Below are positions 27,501 through 42,500 of a stretch of DNA of 64,000 nucleotides, in pieces; the stretch's first letter is position 1, and every line of letters starts with the position of its first letter. The DNA is from Lytechinus pictus (lineage: Eukaryota). Where the stretch lies: positions 31,310,001 through 31,374,000 of the forward strand of contig NC_087247.1 in the NCBI RefSeq assembly GCF_037042905.1, given 5' to 3'. A program made the translations under genes and the position numbers. The notes beneath the pieces were generated by a model that was given only the letters and a program-made list of their open reading frames with translations, had not been told where the DNA came from and made no database searches.

Positions 27501-30500
27501 TGTTTGTCATCCACTGATGCTTTGTGAAAGATTGAATAGTAATTTCTTAAAAAGCATTTTTTTTATTAAAGGCTCTTTGTATATTACTAATCTACAAAAT
27601 ATACAATAAAAACTGTTTGAAATGGATTATTTTCAGTTTTCAATAATTGTTTTCCCTTCTTGGTGTTAAAAATAGACATTATAATAAAACATGTACAGTA
27701 CATACTATACATGTAGCTGGGCATATCCATTTCACCCCCTGTCCATCTCTTTCCTTTATAGCTCCCTCTATTTCTGTTACCTCAATCCATCCATCCCACC
27801 CTTTCATTAATTGTTAGTCATAATTGCATAAATGAAAACATGTTCTATCTAATCAGTGCTGCTTTCATTAACTCTGACAGAGTAGCAGTGTATACAATGC
27901 TATTGCTAATTCTTTAATCTGATTATCAAACATAGATCTCCATGTACATGTACCAGTGATGATGGAAGTAAGCATCTCCTACATGTACATCTGGTAGGAG
28001 GCATACGTCTACGGTAGGAGCATCTAGGTCTTTTGGTATAAAGCGCCAGTATTATCTGCCGCTTGCCTTTGTTTACGTTTGGCCAGGAGTAATAACATCA
28101 GCACAATTTGACCATGTACATGTAAATGGAGCTCTCTGCTTGGCCAGTCAGCTGACTTCATCACTGGTGTCGGTCACTAATAATATCTAGAGTAGATCTA
28201 AAGCAACTTGCTTCATGGTGACAGAGTTGATAAGATATGAACTGTTCAATGGCATGTTTTGCATTACAGATGCTGTAGGATAGGAAACACCATTGTAATA
28301 ACAAAGAGAAATACACTATTTTATTACTTTTTGACATTTTTGGCAAAATACCTAGTATTTTCTGAAGGGGATTTCCGGATCAAAGAATACCTGGTGTGCT
28401 TGAGCTTCAAGTCGGCCTGAAATACATTGTAGGTCCGTTGGTATAAAGGGCCAGCATTATCGGCTGCTTGCCGTTGTTTACGTTCGGCCAGGAGTAATAA
28501 CAACGCAATTTGACCATGTAAATGGAGCTCTCTGCTTGGCTAGTCAGCTGACTTCATCACTGGTGTTTACCAGTTGCTAATATCTAGAGTAGATCTAAAG
28601 CAACCTGCTTCATGGTGACAGAGTTGATTAGATGTGAACTGTTCTATGAAATAATACAGCACTGTAGGATAGGAAATAGCATCGTGATGACAAAGAATTT
28701 TGTTAAGATGAAGTAACTGACATTGTTTTCGTAATTTAATTCCTTTGTTTGTGATTTAATTTGATTTGATTTGCTTAATTAAAAAAGAGAAGATAATAGA
28801 ATCAACACTTCTTTAATTCATATTTACTTCAATAATGCATGTTGTGACTTTGTAGATGTAGACTGAACTACACGTACTGTATGTACGGAGAGAGCAATGC
28901 ACAGAATACCAGAGAGGGCCCATGCATTGATGAGCAAAACTACAATTTATCAACTGATATACACATTTCACCAGGGGCAAATTCTTACAACTGGCCGTAT
29001 AGAATATCTACTTTGCATTTTTATCTTGGAAGTATTAAAACACCAAAAGCATGTCGGTGTCCGTTAGTGACTGTAGTGAACAATGATTCATGTAGCAAGA
29101 CAAATTGGCACATAAGATTTCCATTTTGAATCCCCCGAAGCAATCTTCCCAGAAAATTGATCAAAACTATATTTGATTTATATTGATTGTAAGAAAGCAC
29201 CACATGTAATTTGTGTCATACATCCATATATATGCATGTATCTCGCAATCAATTTGTAAGATTCCCATTGGAATGTTTCCGACACAATTCCTTCTATTTT
29301 TTAAACCTTCAAAGGATGATACACCTGTACGCTTGGCACGTCTGTATTTTGCATTGCAAACTTTTGGTCTGAAATTGGTGAAATTGCAGAAATGCAAGTG
29401 AATCTGTAACATAGGTTCACTGCAGACCTGTTTGGGTGGTTTTGATGGAAAATTCAAATATTCTTGGTAAAAATTCTGCCACTAAATTTGCTGTTAAAAA
29501 AAAACTACAGTACAGAGTTGAGCATTGAAATTGACACCGTCATACAAGTAGATCTCTATTGAAATTTTAATTCATACTTTGAATTTAGTAGAATTAACCG
29601 AACTTCCCCTTTGATGTGCACATTTCTGCTCATACAAGTAGATCTCTATTGAAATTTTAATTCATACTTTGAATTTAGTAGAATTAACCGAACTTCCCCT
29701 TTGATGTGCACATTTCTGCCCATACAAGTAGATCTCTATTGGAATTTTAATTCCTACTTTGAATTTAGTGGAATTAATTGAACTTCCCCTTTGATATGTA
29801 CATTTCTGCTCATTTTCCAATTATGGAATTCCAAGTAGTATGAGTCATCATGTATTCTATTGTGTTTGTTTTGTGACCTCAAAAAGAAGGTGTGATAAAT
29901 GTACATATGTGGTTGCATAGTGATGAGTTACCAATGTTTTGTTTGCAGGTTTGTCAGTCCCCCACCACCCCCTATAAATGGTAATATTCGCTCCCTTTCA
30001 GTCAGGCAAAATTAATCTTGTGAAATTAAAAACAAATATTTGGGCACTATTAAACTTGTTTATCATTTACAATAAGTCAGGTGAATATTGTCACTTATCC
30101 CTCTATTGATTTAGAAATCTTTGATTCAATTTGAATTTAATGATTGAGAAGATTAGTTTGCAAATATATGAATTAAATTTAATTATTAAATATAAGGGTC
30201 AGATATGAATATTAATATCATGAGAAAGCAATAGAAATAAGAATACTGCACTCCACATGTGAATGTTAAAGCTTTCTGTACCGAAGCACTTTTTTGCCCC
30301 TGGGACTCTTAGCTTTTCAGTTGGGATGTAGGTTCATGTATTAAAACTACATGTATCTACATGTATGACTGGTTGACAGCCCTATTTGAGACTACCATCT
30401 AGATGTATCATCATGAAAGAGCTTGTTATGATCTCATTTTGTTGAGGGTCAGGTCAAACAACCCCACGATAACTAAAAATGCATTGATTTACCACCTTGT

Positions 30501-33500
30501 GGGTGCAATATGACTAAATTAGGTAGGACATCCAAGGAAATGAAGTTGGGTAAGGGCTAATTAAATTACGGATAACTCGTCTTATGGAAATATCATCTTG
30601 TTGTCAGCTAATGACTGTGCATGGAGAACATGGCATTGCTTTAGTTTGTTGTCAAGGAATTCAGTGAATCTCTTACACAAGAATGCAAGGAGCACAAAGA
30701 AACAGATGGCTACATCTAGTTCGCAATAATCTGTCAAAATTTATTTTCAGTTGACTTAATGCACTATTTTGTGGTTTCTCATTTCCATTTGCATGTAGGC
30801 CTAATACATGTGGATTTGTAAACTGATAAAAATAAAAGAGGAGATAAAAATAAATTGCATTTTAATGCGGGAAGTGAATGACCTCCTGAATGATACATTC
30901 ACGATGTGATTTGGGGTTAGAGCATGTCTTAATTTCCTAATTTTTCCTCTTTCCTAAAAATGATTTTGATTTCTTCAGGTAAAATATTTTGAGTCAATGG
31001 TCCATGAATAGTTTGTGAAAAAAAATTATAAGTGAACTTGTGAACAGTTTAGAGACTTTAATGCTTTTTTGGTTATAATTATTTTGGTTATATTATTTTT
31101 ACCACGTTCATGTAACACAGAATGTAAAGAACTCGCTCTTCAATATCATGTGTATTTAGGAAATGAAAAATATCAGTTTTTTATCAATTCTTTAAAAAAA
31201 TGGTATCCTCAGACCTCAATCAGCAATGCACCATCCTTACTTGTTTGTTCGGAGATTGACCAAGGGTTGTGTGCCATTTAAAGGAGAATGAAACTCTTGG
31301 AGCAAGTTAGCTTTTGTGAAAGCAGAAAAATCAAAGCATAAGATCAACAAAAGTTTGAGTAAAATAGGACTAGCAATAGAAGAGTTATGAGCATTTGAAT
31401 GTCGAGATCACTAATGCTATGGAGATCCTCCCATTGGCAATGCGACCAAGATCTGTGATGTCACAGATGAACAACTCTCCCCTTTTGGACACTGAAAATA
31501 TACCCCAAAACATCTCTTTTTGCTCATTCTAATCATATGACAAACGATTCATCAATGATATAATGTTGTGAAACCTCTGTACTTGTCCTCTCATAAAGAG
31601 AACACCTCACCTTGCGATAGACTCTACAAAAGTGAGAATATAAGTGAAATAAGTACTAAAGTAATGAGGGAGTTGTACGTGTGTGACATCACAGATCTTG
31701 GTCGCATTGCCAATAGGAGGATCTACATGGAATTAGTGATCTCAATATTCAAATGCTCATAACTTTCTTATTATTCATTCAATCTTCCTCAAACTTTCAA
31801 CAATATGTTTCTTTGATTTTTCTCTTTGATATGGATTCAGCTGGTTTCAAGGGTTTCATTCTCCTTTAACTCATTCATACAAGTATTAAAGTATGTGCAT
31901 CCCATTAAAACATTGGTCAATTCATTATAAATTGTGACTCAAAATTTAGATTTAGAGAAAGAAACATCAATTTCTGCAGCAACCAGAGATCTGCAGGATT
32001 TCTTGATTTATCTCTCCAATCTGTTTTGCCCCGGCTGTATACATGTACATGAATTTCTCGAGCAGAGACAGTTACCCACATGAATTTAAGCATGCAGGCT
32101 TTTTAATGAAAGATGCACCCAAGAGTGCCCTCTGATTGAGGAGCTGTCAGCAGAAAACAAGGGAAGAGATGAGGGGAAGGTGATGAGGAGGATGCCTTCT
32201 TCTTATGGATGAAGGACCGATGAGATCATTTAGAAATGAAATCAGGCCACAGACACAATTCATCTGTTGCTCTCCAGATGTCAGCTTATAGCCTCCTCAC
32301 GTTTGTTGAACTTTAAATTTGCATCCCCATCCCAACCGGGTGGGTGTTTCATAAAGCTGTTCGTAAGTTAAAGAGCGACTTTAAGAATGACTGGTGATCC
32401 TCTCTTGTAAGAAATGGTATATTGATTGGCGATGATTTAGCGCATGAGAAAGGATCACCATGCGTTCTTATAGTCACTCTTAACTTATGAACAGCTTTGT
32501 GAAACGGCCCCCAGGCCATTTCTGTTTTACTGTCTCCCTTCGTCTTGGAGTGAAATTCACGCTCATTTTTGTGGAGTCAACTCCGACTCCGAATGAATCC
32601 AGCTGGGAGTTTGAGTCAACTCTGTTGTGAGTCAAAATTAGTTGTCTTTCATTTGACTCGGAATTGAGTGATTGGCAGCCGATGCCATATTGTGAGTCAA
32701 ATTGATTTGGACTCGGAATTGAGTTGACTCCCAGCTGGTGACTTTCCTAGTCAAACTTGACTCTGCAGAAATAAGAGTGCAGAGTAGTTTTGATTTTTAC
32801 CATTTCTGCTGTACTACAAGTAAATCCTCTCCATTCCTCCACTCATTGGGAGCGATGTCTTACACTGAAAAATAACCCCTCAAGTTCTGAGCCGAGGCAT
32901 TAATCCTACATGGACTACTTATGATAAGCAATTTCTATCAATGAAGTTAGAAAGTACATGTATAGGACCTATGCATATTAAGAGAAGAATTGAAATATGT
33001 TAATGATAACCTTTTAAGTGGATTTCTGCTGTCATGGCAATAGCAAATTTATATCTGGATCAAGAATAGCCTATACTGTATTGAATATTTAAAGTAAAGT
33101 AAATTTCTCCCCACACAGAGATCATGTGCCTTTCACATTCTTATAGATTGCTATAGTTTTATGAATTTATTGTATGTCTCTATAAATAACATATAGATTT
33201 TTTAGTAGAATAATTAAGTTTTTCTTGATTAGTGCTTTATAGTTTAGTAAACTTTTGTCTCACTGTGATGCAAGTAATGGTTGGAAATGAGGATAGAGAA
33301 GGATGGAGGATGAGGGGGGGGGGAGGTACACAGGCAGTGGGCTTGTGGAGAGGGAGGAAGACAGAGGGATAAATTTGAATAAAGGACAGTTATGAGGAAT
33401 TCTCATTTCAAAGTGTCACAGGGACATAAAGTTTATGGATTACTGGTTTGAAATGCATGATATTTTATATAAAATGTCACCCCCAAGATTCTGGTAAGTA

Positions 33501-36500
33501 TTATTATTTTAGATGAAAGGGCTGCTGAGCCACTACATGTAGATGTAATGCAGGGTGTTTCTTCACAGACCAAAACCGTAGTAGGGTCCTTGGTTCAGAT
33601 CATCCCTGGTCTGGATGCTGCGTTTGGTCACTGATGATGATGGCGGAAGAGTGTGGATGACTGACTAATTGATTTGTTGATTGGTAGATTAACATGTCAG
33701 TAGGGAGACCTCCCTCAAGGATTATAATGAACATTACAGTCATCCTTCATGACACTAATTGCCCACTAATACGTACATATTTCATGGTCCGGCAAATATC
33801 ACGGTGACATCGTTGCCTATACATGTATACATTGATAAAAGAGTGATGTGAATATGGTGGATTTGTAATCCATAACTACATCTTCCTTGAGACTGCATTA
33901 GTCTGATCGGAGTCCAATTTTTCACCATGTTAAGGTCAGATACATGTAGCACGGTATTATAAAGGTGAATGTTGGCTGACATGATCTTGTATCAAATAGA
34001 AACATTAATGGAAAACATACAGGGCCTAGGCGGCCTATTTATCCAACATTTATAGAAATTCCTCGAATGCTCGAGCGCGCGATCAAGGTAGCCATGCTAA
34101 AGCTGGGGTAGTAATATATAATCATGTTAAGCAGGGCCCGCTGTGAGAACACTTTTCGGAACTGAAGTGGCTACCTTGGGTAAAATATGAAGTTGTTATT
34201 ATTTCATTCAACATGAATTAGAAAATTTAAAATCATTGTTTTGATATTCATCATGAAAATTTAATTCATTGAAAAGCAATTTTAGAACCAGTCATCTAAC
34301 TGGGTGAGGGAGGTTTGGGCAGACAATACCTAGATCTATTTGAAGTACCAATACTTGTTTGGATCTAATTCATTTCATATTTTTGTTCTATTTATAAATA
34401 TAATCCATGTCTCGTAGTGCGAGTGATCCATTCATAAACGCCTGTACGCTCCTAGTTTATAGGCACCTGCATGTATTTTACTCTGAAGCAGTTTAATATG
34501 TATATTGATGACATTGTTCGCACCAGTGCATGATTTCATCCCGGACTGGCATGCAAATACAAACGTCCATTGTGGTGGTGGCGAGACCCCACTGTATACA
34601 TGGTATATGCTCAGGAAGTCCCTTTTGTTACACGGAGCTGTTCCTGGGGCCGAGGGTCATGGGTAATACACCTGAACCCACGAGGGCACCCTATCAATGC
34701 AAACATGCTCTTTGGCTTCGTGTTTCAACACTAGTGGGTGACTCATCGTGCACGATCCCAAATCAATATATTGTATCTCATCTAGTTTGTGGACAGATTT
34801 GATACATTTTGGTTGCCTTTTAACCCAATTACATGTTAAACATGCACGTTGCATCATGGTTGCATAGATGTAGGTGTGTGGTTTGCTGTGGAGTTTCAAC
34901 AGGCTTGTGCTGATACAATGTATATTGAATGGCCCAGAGAGTGAAATAGTTTATATTGAGGTTAAATCCATCAATGACTCTAGGGGAGTCAACATTAGGA
35001 AGAGCTGCACGTCTATGTCATCACAGAATCAAACTTAAAAAAATCATAACTATGTTTATTCTTTTTCATCAAACTTTTGCTGACATTTATAAGGTATTTC
35101 CTGATTCACTTAAATTCACCTTATTGTCAGGGTGAACGTCCCCTTTAAGGCATAGCTTATATCATCAACCAAATACGTTGTTGAGTAGGTCAGACAGCTA
35201 GCCAGTATTAAAACCTCTCAAGACTACAGCAGAGGAGTCAGAAATTTTAGGGGACCTAAGGTCCACCCTTTGATGCTTGCCTTTGCAATTTTGAAACTTA
35301 ATTTTTGCATTGATTTGTTGATGTGTGACTTGGCGTCATTCTATTGATTGTATTTTAGATTTATGTCTCCCTTGTCAATCATCTTTATCACACAAATAAG
35401 AGAAAGAAATTATTTATATTTGAAGTTCGGAGACTGCAATTAAATTTGGAAACAATAGAATATGCAATATGAATTCTCCCATGAACTTCCTATAAAATAT
35501 ACACAAGATGTTACTAGAGTTATTTCTCAAAGAGCTTGGAAGGAATGTATTGTTTTTATTCCCATGAAGACCATTCAATGTCACGTAAATATTGCCTTTT
35601 ATATGTTGTCATCCATGTTATTACAGCGTTTCAGCCAGCTAACATACATGTACATACATATTTAGTCCATGTCCAATATGTATTTCTTGATATCAAACAT
35701 TCCTATTTCTAATTGAATAACATAATTAAAAACACAAAATATGAAGAATTCAATTTTTTATAACAAACAAGGGCAATCCTTGATATCAATAAATAGGAAT
35801 TAATGAAACAAAAGGCTTGTCCTATGTACTTCCACAATATGCTGGTTATAATGACCCTGGGGCCTGGTGCATAAAGAGTTGTGATCAAACGCCAGTAAAA
35901 AATCAAACGCATCTTGCTTTTCAACCAATGGACTTGCGCTTGATTTCTTGAGTTGGGTTTAATGGCAGCTCTTTCTTCTGGGTGTCTTCTGGTGTGTAAT
36001 CCATGTTAGACATTTAGCAGAACCTATGTTCTCCATGTCTCCATACTGATTGATTGTAGAGATGAAGTGAAAACAAGGTTCTTTGGCGACCCAAGACCAT
36101 CTATCATCACATTTCAGTTGAAGCATCATTTAAACTAATACCTACAAATTGGACTTCTGAAGATCCAATTGAAGTGGGGAGATCTGTATCAACATACTCT
36201 AGCTAGTATCACATTCGGTTACATCTGTAGTAGGTCCATAGTCGTGTGCAAAGGGAAGGGATTGTATAAAGTACATGTACATCTGTACTGGGGTTAATTT
36301 TCTTTCAGATCAGTTTTGGATTTTGTACAATTTTTCAATGAATTTAATTCAGAAAAAAAGTAGATTCAGAATTTAAATATTTATTCCTCAAAAAAATGTT
36401 ATTTAATTTTTTTTTAATTTTATTTTTTACTTTAAATGTTCTTGTTTGTTGAAGATTTGGGGGCAGCTCTCAAAAAGATTGTCACCCTAGAATATTTCAT

Positions 36501-39500
36501 TTTGGGAAATTTAGGGGCAATTTTGGTTGTGATGAGGGCAAAATCTCCCTACTGTCCACCGCCCATATGTATACATGTCCTACAGCACTATTCATACCTT
36601 TTAAAATGTCTTAATCCATCCATAGGCTGGGAATAATCATCATTAAAGATCAAAATTCCCATTCCATTTCCCATGTTTGGTTAAATCGAGCTTTCAAAAA
36701 TTCATGGTATGGCTTTAAATCTTCCTGGCATTATAGCTACATCTCGTTGAAGAATGCAATAGGTCCCCAGTGTATTTGCTCGTGCAGTGATAGTTCTGTT
36801 CCTATCATTCATAATACTTGTCAATGCTAAATATAGCCTGTGTGTGGGCTCCACAAAATGGTATATTTCGCATATCATTAATATAAAGCTGTTGCTTTGT
36901 GTAATGCAGCCGAGACTGCCAGGGATGTTTCACTCGTTTCATTTTTTAAGAAACAACTTTTAACAACTTTTTGAAATATTTTATATATTTGTCAGTATTT
37001 GCATGGACCTACAACAAATGGACGTTTAATGAATCCCCAATTTTGAAGCATGGTATATGAGATATTTGATGAACGGTTTCCCATTTTTTTAATCTCAATT
37101 CTCATCCATGTTTATTGATGTTTATAAAATTGCTTATTCATTTTTGCCGAAAATCAATCAAAATAGTATATCCTGTGGTGACCACTTTGTGTGTTGTTCT
37201 GCATCCACTTTGGACTCTGTCACACCGTCCGTAATAAAAGAACTGGAAAGTAGGTTTGTGTGTAGCAGTATACAGCTAAGCCATTTTTCAGCATGAATAC
37301 TATAATGCTTGCACTCCTCGTCGGCCATTGACCCAACCCCCATTAGCACAGCGCAATTGAATATTCAGTGGTTGAAATAGCCGTTGTTGGTAAACTAGGG
37401 AATAGCATTCATATTTTTCAGCCCGAGGCTTCTTTCGACTTTATGTAGCACAACCATTTAAGTTTGCGAGATGGGAGACAGACTTCTATCTACATGTATC
37501 TTTGCATTGTTTTGTGTGTATGTATGGTAGGAAGTCATTAATTGACTTTGATAAAGAATGGACTTGAAAAATGAAATCTGGATGAAGATCAGAATGAAAT
37601 TTGAGGTGTACCACAAATTGATGATCATGCATTTTCTCACGAGAAAGAAGTACATTGTTTTTGAGGTACAATGAAGGAAATGCAATGATCGTGGAGCATT
37701 TCTTTCACTTCTTTTCATTTTAACATATATGTCACATGTATGAAGCATTTTATATTGTAAATGACGTATGGTATAAGATTTGGATAACGTAAGTCATAAA
37801 ATATCAAACAGTGCTTATTTTCATATGAGTATATGTGTTACTTCAATTTCTATATGATAAGATGGGGATATGGATTCTACTCAGATAATTAGCTGAAATT
37901 TACCTATGTGACTAGTCTAATAGGCAGATTTGCTAATGACTGGTACTAATGACTAGTTCTATTGACTGGAAATGGTTTTGAAAACTTTTGAGATTAGGAT
38001 GGTTTATCAAATAACAAGGATCCACATGACTATCTTTAATAGAAAACATGTAATACACATCATTTGCTCTGGCGGTAGAATAGTTACACATGTATACATG
38101 TAATTAATTGAAAACTGTTCTACACATGTACCATTGGTCTATCCACCTGTGTGTCCTCTGTCTTTCTGACAGAACAGGACATCAGAAGCTATACCTTCAG
38201 ATTACCCACCGTCCATTTTTGCTTTCAATCAATTGATAGCACAGAGACAGGTGTACAGTACATCTCTATCAAAATTCAATCCATTCAATTCCTCTTCCAT
38301 TTGTTATCTTCTGCAGGAAAGGGAAGACAAGTTGTACCTAAGGAGGAGGAGCGGCCACCCACCCCGCCCCCAAAACCCAAGGAGCTCCAGCAAAGGTCAT
38401 CATCTACTTCAAGTGCAAGTGACATTAAAGGTATCGGTAGAACTCCGCAGAAACCACAGCATTGGTCATCTCTTTAGAGCGTGTATAATCTTTAACCTGA
38501 AAATGTCCCAGAGGGGGGGGGGGGGGTCGAACCAGTGGATCAAAGCCCCCCCATATTTCCTGCCTCCATTCCACCGCTCCACTCACATAATTTTTACTTT
38601 CAAGTCTCGTATATCCTTTAAAATCTTTTTGTAAGAAAATCAACCCCCATACACCCCTGCCATAGATCAGTAAAAAAAACCTGATCCAAAGATAGTTTTG
38701 ACAAGAGCAGAAATAAAATAGAAACAAATTAAAGGGATGGCGAAAATCTATTGTACAATATCTGAGTTTTGGATTTCCAAGGCCTTGTGATATATCCTTG
38801 GTTTATAATGGAATGGTGTAGATTTAAATTTAACTTGTGATTTTTTTTCAGGTGTGAATGGGGGTTCCGTTGAGGAGTTCCCTGACATCAAACCCCCTCC
38901 TGCCTTCCCTCCTGCCCCGGCTATAGGTATGGTGACAGGAGGTGAGACATCAAGTGTAGCTTCCATGCCAGGTAAGTCATTGATTCACACCAAAGCAGTT
39001 CTTGAACTAATCCAGTTTGGCCCTATTAGGTGGTTTCAAACCGCCTCGATAATGAGAATTCCCGTTAGATTACGAGACCTTTTTTAGGCTAAAAAATACC
39101 CATTAATTATTCCTGCATTCACACCGCCCCGAAACATACCCTATGGGATAAGTTCCTGAAGTTACAAGCATGCGCATTATGGTCTGATAAGCAAGCAAGG
39201 CGCGAGATTCAAAATCACTAGCTCAGCAGCCACCCAAGGCACCCGCGCCCAACTACACGCTAGGCTAGGCGACCTTGGAAAAATCCCCGCGAAAGTTCTC
39301 GTAATTTTGACAAGTACCTACTATTTAGTGGGTATTTTCTTTCGGGAAGATTACGCATAATTTGCTTTCACATTGCCAAAATACCTGGAACTGACGAACT
39401 TCGAGGCGGTCTGAAACCACCTAGTGAGAGGGAAGATACTTTCCCAATGCCCGACATAGAGGGAGATTTTAAAAATCCACAAGATCTCCCCCTTCCACTG

Positions 39501-42500
39501 AAGATCAATTTCAGTTGGCATGCTGCTGAAGTGGTGGATTGTTGCTGGAGGGGGGAGGTCTTGTGACTTGTGATTCTCCCTCTGTGCAGGGCTTTAGGAT
39601 TATACATCAGTCACATTTGCTCTATTGGTGAGTCGAAAACAGTTATTTTAACATTTTTTGTACCAGCTACATATAGATGGTTTGAATATAAATGTGACTG
39701 AGGTTTAAGTAGCTTTCCTCTCACAATGGTCAACCGAATTGTTCTTGAACTAGAAAGAGCAAAATTAGAAAGAATTAGAAATAAGAATTCAGGCCATCAG
39801 TTTCTTATATGTTCCTTTTCTTTATGGAATAGTCACTTCGGCAAAAACAACAAAAGCTATATTGCATTTCCCAAATACATACCATTGGTCAGTTTGGATT
39901 CCGGTTTTGTTGTTGTGACTGTAGCATACAAATTGATTTATCCTGAATTTATGTTCTGATTAGTGAAAGAACTATCTTGCAGTTTTCAGCTCCTGTGTGC
40001 TATTTCATAAAATTGTTTACAAAAAAAACTTTGAAAGAAATTTAAAGTTTGGGTTTACAATTCTGCCGTTGACTTTAACACAAGAATAAAAAAGTAAAAA
40101 TAATCTTGAATTTTCTCTGGTAAAATGTTTTATTCATCAGAGCCTAAGAGTCCTTGTTGAATGTTAACAAAAGTTGGGGAAGTATCCGTTCAAAATATAA
40201 ACCTTTCTCAAGTTTGAGCTCAATATATATGTTGCTTTAATGTAGGCCGGCAAGGTTTCTTTTATTATCTGATAAGATTAATGTATGATGAGAGTGCTGG
40301 ATGCTCCATTGAATTAATGTCTTTTATGTCTTTAATGGGCTTTATGTTCTTGAAATGAAGTGGAAGTGATTTCTCTCTTTAGCTTTGCAAGTTTCATTTC
40401 ATATTCCGTGTCTCAACGGCCATTTTATTGCATATCACTCCATTAGCAACAGCGAAGTATCAAAAGTAATAGTCAAAAAATATTTAACATCATTGGAAAT
40501 TATTCCCTATAGCGGGGCTTTTATACCTGTTTGATCACAAAATACCTGTAAATTATGAGAAATTTGATATTCAGACCTCAAAATACTTGATAATTCATTT
40601 TAGATGTTCATACTGTACAAATCTGAACCAGATAAAATTCCTTAAGCTATATAATAATAGTAATAGCTGGATTTATGAAGCGCTGAGGATACAAAGCGCT
40701 GCCATTATTACCCCAGCTGTAGCTCGAGCTACCTTCACTGGCGGTCAGTGCATTCAAAGAATTAATCCTGCCGGGTACCCATTCACCTCACCTGGGTCGA
40801 GTGCAGCACAGTGTGGATACATTTCTTACTGAAGTGAAACATGCCATGGCTAAGATTCAAACCCACGACCCTCTGTTTGAAAGGCAGGAGAAAGAACCAC
40901 TAGACCATGATGCGCCCACATATGAGCCAGTAAATAATGCTATTGCATTCATTTGATTTAATCCTATTTCTAGATAAATCATAGAGAATTAAGACACAAA
41001 ATAAGTTCCGGATGAAGACATGATTTTTTAAAAATTTTGTATTGTAAACAAAAGTAAGTCTTGATATCAAGAATGAAACTCTGACAAAGTGGCTTACCAT
41101 ACATAAATCAGCATTTCATTTTCTCATTTCATTTCATTTATATCATTTCCAAAAAAATACAAATCTGACAAACACAGTTTGATCAAAAGAAATCAGTTAA
41201 TTCAATAGCAAAATATGTATCATCGTTACTTGAAATAACTAAATAGCAGTATATTAATTACAATCAATAAATGAAATATGACAAAATATAGATTTATATT
41301 TTGTGAAAATGGAGGGATGCACTGAAAAGCAATAGCTTCATAACAATAGCATCAAGGTGTGACAGCCCCTCAAGGTACAGTGATATGAATGATGATGGGT
41401 GGATCGCCATCAGGATATCATTTTAATCCTCCAGCAGAAGAGAATGTCAAGAGTAATTAAGGTCGTCTGAATATTAGCTTCAAATTGGGCAGGCTTGGCA
41501 TGATATCATTATCGTATCCCCTCCAGTGTGGTATAGTCATGAAAACCACTTCACAGTGATGTAGTAGGTCATTAATGCCTCGGAAAAGGGGTTTCTATAG
41601 GTCTGTGAAAATGGGCTCATCCAGTTCATGTCTTGCATTAGTTGGTTTTCGAGTGCCTGATATTACAAACACAGTATGAAGGAATTTGTGTTATTTCCGC
41701 TTTTGGCAGTCAGTCCTTCCAGTGACACTTGTTTGTAGAGAATGAAATGACCCCGGGGGCCACTTACATTGATGAGTGGATGCCATGCGCGACCAACAAA
41801 ACACGTAAAAAGGATGTCTTTTTCAAGAAAGGGCATGTTACGTACGTAACGTAATAAGGGTGTCAAAAACACTAAAATAATGAAAAAAAGGTATCTATTT
41901 CGCGAGGAAAGCTACGTGTTTAGGGTCAAATTTGCGAGGGTATAAAAAATCAAGACTGAAATGTTTTATAAAGGATGTACTTTTTGCCCCAAGAGTCAAC
42001 ACTACGTGTTAAGAGTACAATTTGCGCGAGTGGAGCTGTACTAAACCCGATGATGTAGGTAAAGGTAAAACCGATGACCGACGTCCGTGATATAAGTTAG
42101 GCTAACAATTGAAATATCGCTGTACTTATTTAGGGGTTCGATTCAGGGAATGCTTGCCAATAGTATCGTTTTGTTTCCAATACTTGTTAAGGGTAGGGTT
42201 TCACACACCAATACTTGTTAATGGGTGCATTTTTAGAATATGAAAAATACATGTTAAGGGTGCTTTTTGAGATCTCATGGTTGCGCATGGTATCCACTCG
42301 TCAATGGAAGTGCCCCCCCCCCCCCCCCCCCCGGAAATGACACAAGCCCAACACCTTAAAAGAGTGCATTTCTTACGTTCTTACTCCTGGCAGATGACTT
42401 TATACAGTTAGAAAAACAAAAAGCATTTTCAAAGGCCAAGTTCACACCAACAGTTTAAATTGAATAAAAGAGAAACATCAATAAAGCAAAAGGCTATTAA

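Noticed and set aside
29541-29810. CRISPR-like array
   Set aside because: Contiguous 90-bp units with no unique spacers, eukaryotic context and no cas genes.
29949-29980. Extra Pro-rich micro-exon (tttgcag|...|gtaata)
   Set aside because: Entering in phase 1 from the RING exon hits TAA; it would need an unidentified phase-2 partner exon.
33430-33493. Alternative first coding exon ending at TG|GTAAGT
   Set aside because: The upstream ATG frame ends in phase 2, incompatible with the phase-1 downstream exons.
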